Positions 59,761 to 64,000 of a DNA stretch of 64,000 nucleotides are shown here, piece after piece; the first letter of the stretch is position 1, and each line of letters begins with the position of its first letter. A model generated the notes under the pieces. That model worked only from the letters and a program-made list of their open reading frames with translations, searched no databases and was not told the origin of the DNA. The stretch lies in NCBI GenBank assembly GCA_050951545.1, contig JBMNJG010000006.1, forward strand, positions 148,576 through 212,575. The letters run 5' to 3'. The translations under genes and the position numbers were made by a program. The stretch is from Limnochordia bacterium (GTDB taxonomy: Bacteria > Bacillota > Limnochordia > DTU080).

Positions 59761-61038
59761 GTGGGTTCAACAATGAGAGCTAGGTCGTCGGCGCGTCGAA
59801 GCGCTTTTCAGCAGTGGTCAGGGGTCGTCCTACTGCTATTGCTGATCTCATCAGCGCATGTGTTCGCAGAAGACATCACACTACGTTGGGCTACCTGGGG
59901 CCCACAGCCTATCGACAGAGAGCTCCTCGCGGTATGGGAGCAAGAACACCCAGATATTCACATTGACTATATTCCCACGGCAGGCACCCCAAAGCATCAC
60001 GAGAAACTGAAGGTCCTCTCTGCCTCGGGACTGGCACCCGATGTGATGGCCGTAGATGGCATGTATCTGGTGGAGTTTATCACTTCGGGGCTCCTCCAGC
60101 CCATTGACCATCTGTTGGCTGCCGAGAAAACGTTCCGCATGAGTGATTACTTCCCCGCCTCCCTGCCCGATGTGCGCTACAAGGGGAAGACCTATGGGCT
60201 GCCCTACATATCGGCCCCGCAGTACATGGTATATAACGTCACACACATGAACGAGGCCGGTCTGCCAAAGCCCGATGTACACTGGGACTGGGCGGCCTTC
60301 GAGAGCTACGTACGCAAGCTGACCCGCTCGGTCGACGATCGCGTCACACGTCGTGGAAGCACGAACTTTAGCGGGGCCTATTCCTACTGGCCTTGGCTCT
60401 GGTCTGCAGGGAGCGATGTGATGGATGAGAGCCACAAGCGATTCCGCCTCACCGAGCCGGCGGCTGTGGAGGTTCTTGATTGGTTGGCGGAACTCCAGAG
60501 CGCCGGATGCCTCGGCTCAGGCGATATCGCCAGGCAATCGGCTTCCATTACCGCCATGTATCCCGGTGGTTTCCCCACGGTGACTGGCAAGACCTGGGCC
60601 TTTGAGTGGGACGTCACCCTCCCCCCAGCAGGTCCGAAAGGTCAGTACTCCATCTGGAAAGGCAATACGATGGGCCTCAGCCCCGCCACTGAGCATGTGG
60701 AGGAAGCGTGGACCCTGGCCAAGTTCCTCTTGGCCCCCAACGCAAGCGGGTACAACGTATATCTCAAGAACAAGCGCTTCCCACCTCAGACGCGAGACCG
60801 TGCCTCGTGGAACCTGTTCCACCAGGCCGGACAGGATCCGCAGAGCCTGCGCGACGTCACTTTACTCCTCGCCTCTGATCACGGCCGACCGCTACCCCAG
60901 CTACTGCAGTGGCCGGCGATCATGACCGATACCATCCATCCGGCTTTGAAAAGCATCTTCGCTGGCGAAGTGTCTGCCAGAGTAGCTATGGAGCAGATCC
61001 GACCCATCGTGGAGAAGCTCTTAGAAGTTGAGCCGTAA
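59761..61038 (+). CDS. Sugar ABC transporter substrate-binding protein
   Basis: Signal peptide, SGLAPDV, YKGKTYGLPY; paralog of 3729-5012. Confidence 0.9.
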   Translation: MGSTMRARSSARRSAFQQWSGVVLLLLLISSAHVFAEDITLRWATWGPQPIDRELLAVWEQEHPDIHIDYIPTAGTPKHHEKLKVLSASGLAPDVMAVDGMYLVEFITSGLLQPIDHLLAAEKTFRMSDYFPASLPDVRYKGKTYGLPYISAPQYMVYNVTHMNEAGLPKPDVHWDWAAFESYVRKLTRSVDDRVTRRGSTNFSGAYSYWPWLWSAGSDVMDESHKRFRLTEPAAVEVLDWLAELQSAGCLGSGDIARQSASITAMYPGGFPTVTGKTWAFEWDVTLPPAGPKGQYSIWKGNTMGLSPATEHVEEAWTLAKFLLAPNASGYNVYLKNKRFPPQTRDRASWNLFHQAGQDPQSLRDVTLLLASDHGRPLPQLLQWPAIMTDTIHPALKSIFAGEVSARVAMEQIRPIVEKLLEVEP

Positions 61039-61104
61039 TACTGAACAGATTGTGACCACCCGGGCCCTACACGGTCCGGGTGGTCCACTAGGGGTGTGTC
61101 TTTC

Positions 61105-64000
61105 ATGATTGCTCTTTCCCGTAGCAAACGCGAGCGCACATTCTGCGACCGCCATGTGGCAAAATGCATCCTTCTGGGCGTGTTTGCCGTCGTAGCGATG
61201 ACCATCTCTCCGGCAGAAAGTGCGTCCCTCCTCTTGTTTGACGATTTCTCCCAGGATGAGATTGGAGCCGTTCCGTCGCAATGGACAGTGGAGAGTCAGC
61301 CCGGGTGCATTGAGGTGGTTGCCGCCGATGGACTGGCTCCAGGACGGGCGGTGCACATCGTGGCTCACCCTGAACAGCGTGAGACCCGCATGAGCGCCCC
61401 TCTGAACGATACCGAGGCCACCACAATCGCCGTGGAACACCAGATACGCTGGGTAAGTGGCAGAGGGGTAAACCTCTACGTAGCCAAAGCGGGGCACAAC
61501 CTAAACTGGCACGTCACCGAGGCAGGCCAGTTGGCCTATCGTGCTTCTAGAGGAGATTCCACGTATAGCGTTTCCATCGGAGTGCTCAAAGAGGGCTGGA
61601 ATCGCGTTCGCCTGGTGGCGAACCGGGCAAGCAATGAGGTTTTCATCTACTTGAATGACATGGACAATCCCGTCGCTGGGCCCCTCACCCTGAGGAAGCC
61701 TCTCGATTCGTGGAAGGGAGCCCAGCTGATCGTTCAGCATACCTACAACCAAGACCCGGGTGACGTCTATTACGCCGATTTCAGAGTATGGGTTGTCGAT
61801 GAGCCTATGGAGGATGTGCCACCAGTGCGAGCCGCCACCTGGAGAGGCGATCTAGCGAAGCGTCCGACTCCTCCTACACCTGCCTGGCAGCCTGCTTCCG
61901 TGACGCGAGAGCAGCTTCAGTTGAGCTTGACGGAGCGCAAGGGGCTCAACCGCCATGGTCAGCCCGTCTCGTCGGGCGTCCCCCTGCCGCAGGGACAGCT
62001 CTGGAACCCGGCATCTGTACGCTTATTGGGCCCCGCTGGACAGGAGAAGCCCTTGCAGACAGGCGTTCTTTCCCGCTGGCCCGATGGTAGTATCCGTTGG
62101 CTGCTCCTTGACTTTCAGGCTGATCTGGCTTCGGGCGAAACCAACGAATACCTTCTGGAGTATGGCTCGGAGATCACACGCTCATCTGGTTCAGGTGTAT
62201 CTGCGAAAGAAGACGACGAAACCATTTCCATAGACACTGGTCCTCTTGAGGTGAGCTTTGGTAAAGACGGTCGGCTGATCCGCAGCGTTCGTGTCGATGG
62301 CGAGTCTTGGGAAGGTGTAGTGTCACCAGAGATCGTCCTGCAAGGCGTCGGTGGCCTAACCATCAGCACAAACGATACTCCCTACACTTTGGAAATAGAA
62401 GAGGCTGGCTCCGAACGAGCAGTCGTACGGGTACAGGGCGAGATTCACCGTGTGCAAGGCGAGGAGACTCTTAACTTCGCCTATGACATGCGGTTCCATT
62501 TCTACCGGGACTCAGGTATCATCCGCATCGACCCTACCATCACCAACCTGCTAGGCTGGGAACCTCATATCGGTCTGTCGCACACCGACCTCACCAGCGT
62601 GTCACTGCGCCTTCCGAGATGGCTAGGGCGCGAGAACGCCATCTTGCGCGTGGGCACAGACAACGGGCCGATTTCTGGTCAGGGGTCGTGCTTCCGCCTG
62701 TTACAGTCCGATCCCAACAGGTTCGAGGTTGTCGCCGACGGCCAGCAACTCGCGACAGGCCACAGAGCAGCCGGATGGGTAGATCTCCACAGCGGCAACA
62801 GACGTCTCGGCGTAGGCGTACGTCATTTCTGGGAACAGTCTCCAAAGGGCATCGTCGTTGATGACAAGGGAGATCTGCTCGTAGACCTGTGGACAGAGCC
62901 AACCCGTCCCCTGGTCATGGGTGGCGGTGAGGCCAAGCGACACGAACTCTACATATCTCTGGGTGATACGGACATCGAAGCCTTGCCAGGTATGCTGGAT
63001 CCTCTACGCGCGGTTGCCCCGGCAGAATGGTATTCGGCAAGTGGTGGTTTCGGCCGTCCGTTCCTTCTGGTCGAGGAGGATGAGCTTCCGCTGTATGATG
63101 CCCATGTGGGCATGTACGAGGCCTTTGTGCAGAAAGGCCATGAACAGCTTATGGAAAACCAGGCCCACTTCGGTGAGTACGGATGGCGCAACTTCGGTGA
63201 CTGGTCTACCACCTGGGACATCGACGGCTGGGGAAACTGTGAGTACGATCTGGCCTACGTCTACTTCCAGCAGTTCGCGCGCACTGGTGATCTCGCCTTC
63301 TTCGATCTGGCGGAGACTGCTGCGAGGCACTGGATGGACGTCGATCTGATCTGGGCCGCCAACAACCTCTACTGGCTCGGCGGAGGTCTGCAGCACTCCG
63401 AGGCCCACCGACACTACGCGGCCGCGGATCACACGTGGAGCCAAGGGTTGCTCGAGTATTATCATCTTACGGGTGATCGACGGAGCCTCGAGGCTGCCCT
63501 GGCGGTAGGTGACTTCTTCGCTCACCTCGCCTTGGAGCGCCCGAACCAAAGGCGCCCCCGGGTGGTGCAACTCCCCAGCAAGGACTTACCCACCCGCAAT
63601 CCAGGTTGGGCGCTGATTGCTCTGGTTGCCCTCTACGAGAGCACATCAGATCCGTACTACCTAGAAGCAGCCTCAGCAGTTGTAGATATCCTCGCTGAGG
63701 AGCAGCAATCCGACGGCCAATGGGCCTACAGGATCCCGGCCAATGAGATTGAGAGTCGGCCCGTAGCAACCAAGCCGTTCATGACGGCGATCATCCTCCG
63801 TGGCTTGGGTGACTACCACAGGGTCACGCGGGACGCAGGAGCGGCAGAGATGCTGGTGCGCGGCCTGACCTTCCTGGTTGAGGAACTGTGGTCCCCACAC
63901 GCTTTGGGCTACCCCTACATCGACGATCCCCAATATTCTGCCGAAGCCGGTAACACCAGCCTGCTGCTGCTTGATGCCTTCGCGTACGCTTACGAGCTTA
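61105..64000 (+). CDS. Large secreted PcRGLX/YetA-like (exo-rhamnogalacturonan lyase-like) protein, runs off window end
   Basis: Absent from the ORF track, presumably because it has no stop in the window. Read manually in segments: ATG at 61105, signal peptide, then in-frame PVSSGVPLPQG, LSRWPDGSIRW (~61960-62100) and YGWRNFGDW..WGNCEYD..FARTGD..ARHWMDVD (~63180-63350). Confidence 0.78.
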   Translation, partial: MIALSRSKRERTFCDRHVAKCILLGVFAVVAMTISPAESASLLLFDDFSQDEIGAVPSQWTVESQPGCIEVVAADGLAPGRAVHIVAHPEQRETRMSAPLNDTEATTIAVEHQIRWVSGRGVNLYVAKAGHNLNWHVTEAGQLAYRASRGDSTYSVSIGVLKEGWNRVRLVANRASNEVFIYLNDMDNPVAGPLTLRKPLDSWKGAQLIVQHTYNQDPGDVYYADFRVWVVDEPMEDVPPVRAATWRGDLAKRPTPPTPAWQPASVTREQLQLSLTERKGLNRHGQPVSSGVPLPQGQLWNPASVRLLGPAGQEKPLQTGVLSRWPDGSIRWLLLDFQADLASGETNEYLLEYGSEITRSSGSGVSAKEDDETISIDTGPLEVSFGKDGRLIRSVRVDGESWEGVVSPEIVLQGVGGLTISTNDTPYTLEIEEAGSERAVVRVQGEIHRVQGEETLNFAYDMRFHFYRDSGIIRIDPTITNLLGWEPHIGLSHTDLTSVSLRLPRWLGRENAILRVGTDNGPISGQGSCFRLLQSDPNRFEVVADGQQLATGHRAAGWVDLHSGNRRLGVGVRHFWEQSPKGIVVDDKGDLLVDLWTEPTRPLVMGGGEAKRHELYISLGDTDIEALPGMLDPLRAVAPAEWYSASGGFGRPFLLVEEDELPLYDAHVGMYEAFVQKGHEQLMENQAHFGEYGWRNFGDWSTTWDIDGWGNCEYDLAYVYFQQFARTGDLAFFDLAETAARHWMDVDLIWAANNLYWLGGGLQHSEAHRHYAAADHTWSQGLLEYYHLTGDRRSLEAALAVGDFFAHLALERPNQRRPRVVQLPSKDLPTRNPGWALIALVALYESTSDPYYLEAASAVVDILAEEQQSDGQWAYRIPANEIESRPVATKPFMTAIILRGLGDYHRVTRDAGAAEMLVRGLTFLVEELWSPHALGYPYIDDPQYSAEAGNTSLLLLDAFAYAYEL

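Noticed and set aside
60-63933. Numerous short antisense or overlapping ORFs in the track
   Set aside because: They shadow well-supported genes and are expected in high-GC DNA. No rRNA or tRNA gene was recognised in the window.

Overview
High-GC region from a spore-forming Firmicute. The combination of ger, spoVAE and spoIID-type genes with two TolC outer-membrane genes and many solute-binding proteins suggests a diderm lineage such as Limnochordia (inference). Left to right: a gerA-type germination operon; a large type I-E-like CRISPR array (86 intact repeats plus 1 degenerate, leader on the right, no cas genes in the window); a long minus-strand run of housekeeping genes (spoVAE, nagZ, spermidine synthase fusion, TPR-SpoIID, aminopeptidase, speA, ADP-forming acyl-CoA ligase, two-component genes, radical SAM, ldh, feoAB); two TolC genes; glyQS; a complete four-gene Wadjet type II (TIGR02677/02678/02680/02679-like) anti-plasmid operon; polysaccharide-lyase and solute-binding-protein loci; spore-coat-type small genes. 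Two things are not explained by standard annotation. (1) At 54171-56297, a ~405-bp non-coding tandem repeat array precedes a double-HTH plus Vsr/DUF559-like nuclease gene; a second, diverged and internally deleted copy of the same repeat+nuclease module sits beside the CRISPR leader (10921-11257). (2) A ~45-bp dispersed element ends exactly in the Shine-Dalgarno sequence of five unrelated genes. All family calls come from reading motifs by eye; no database searches were run.
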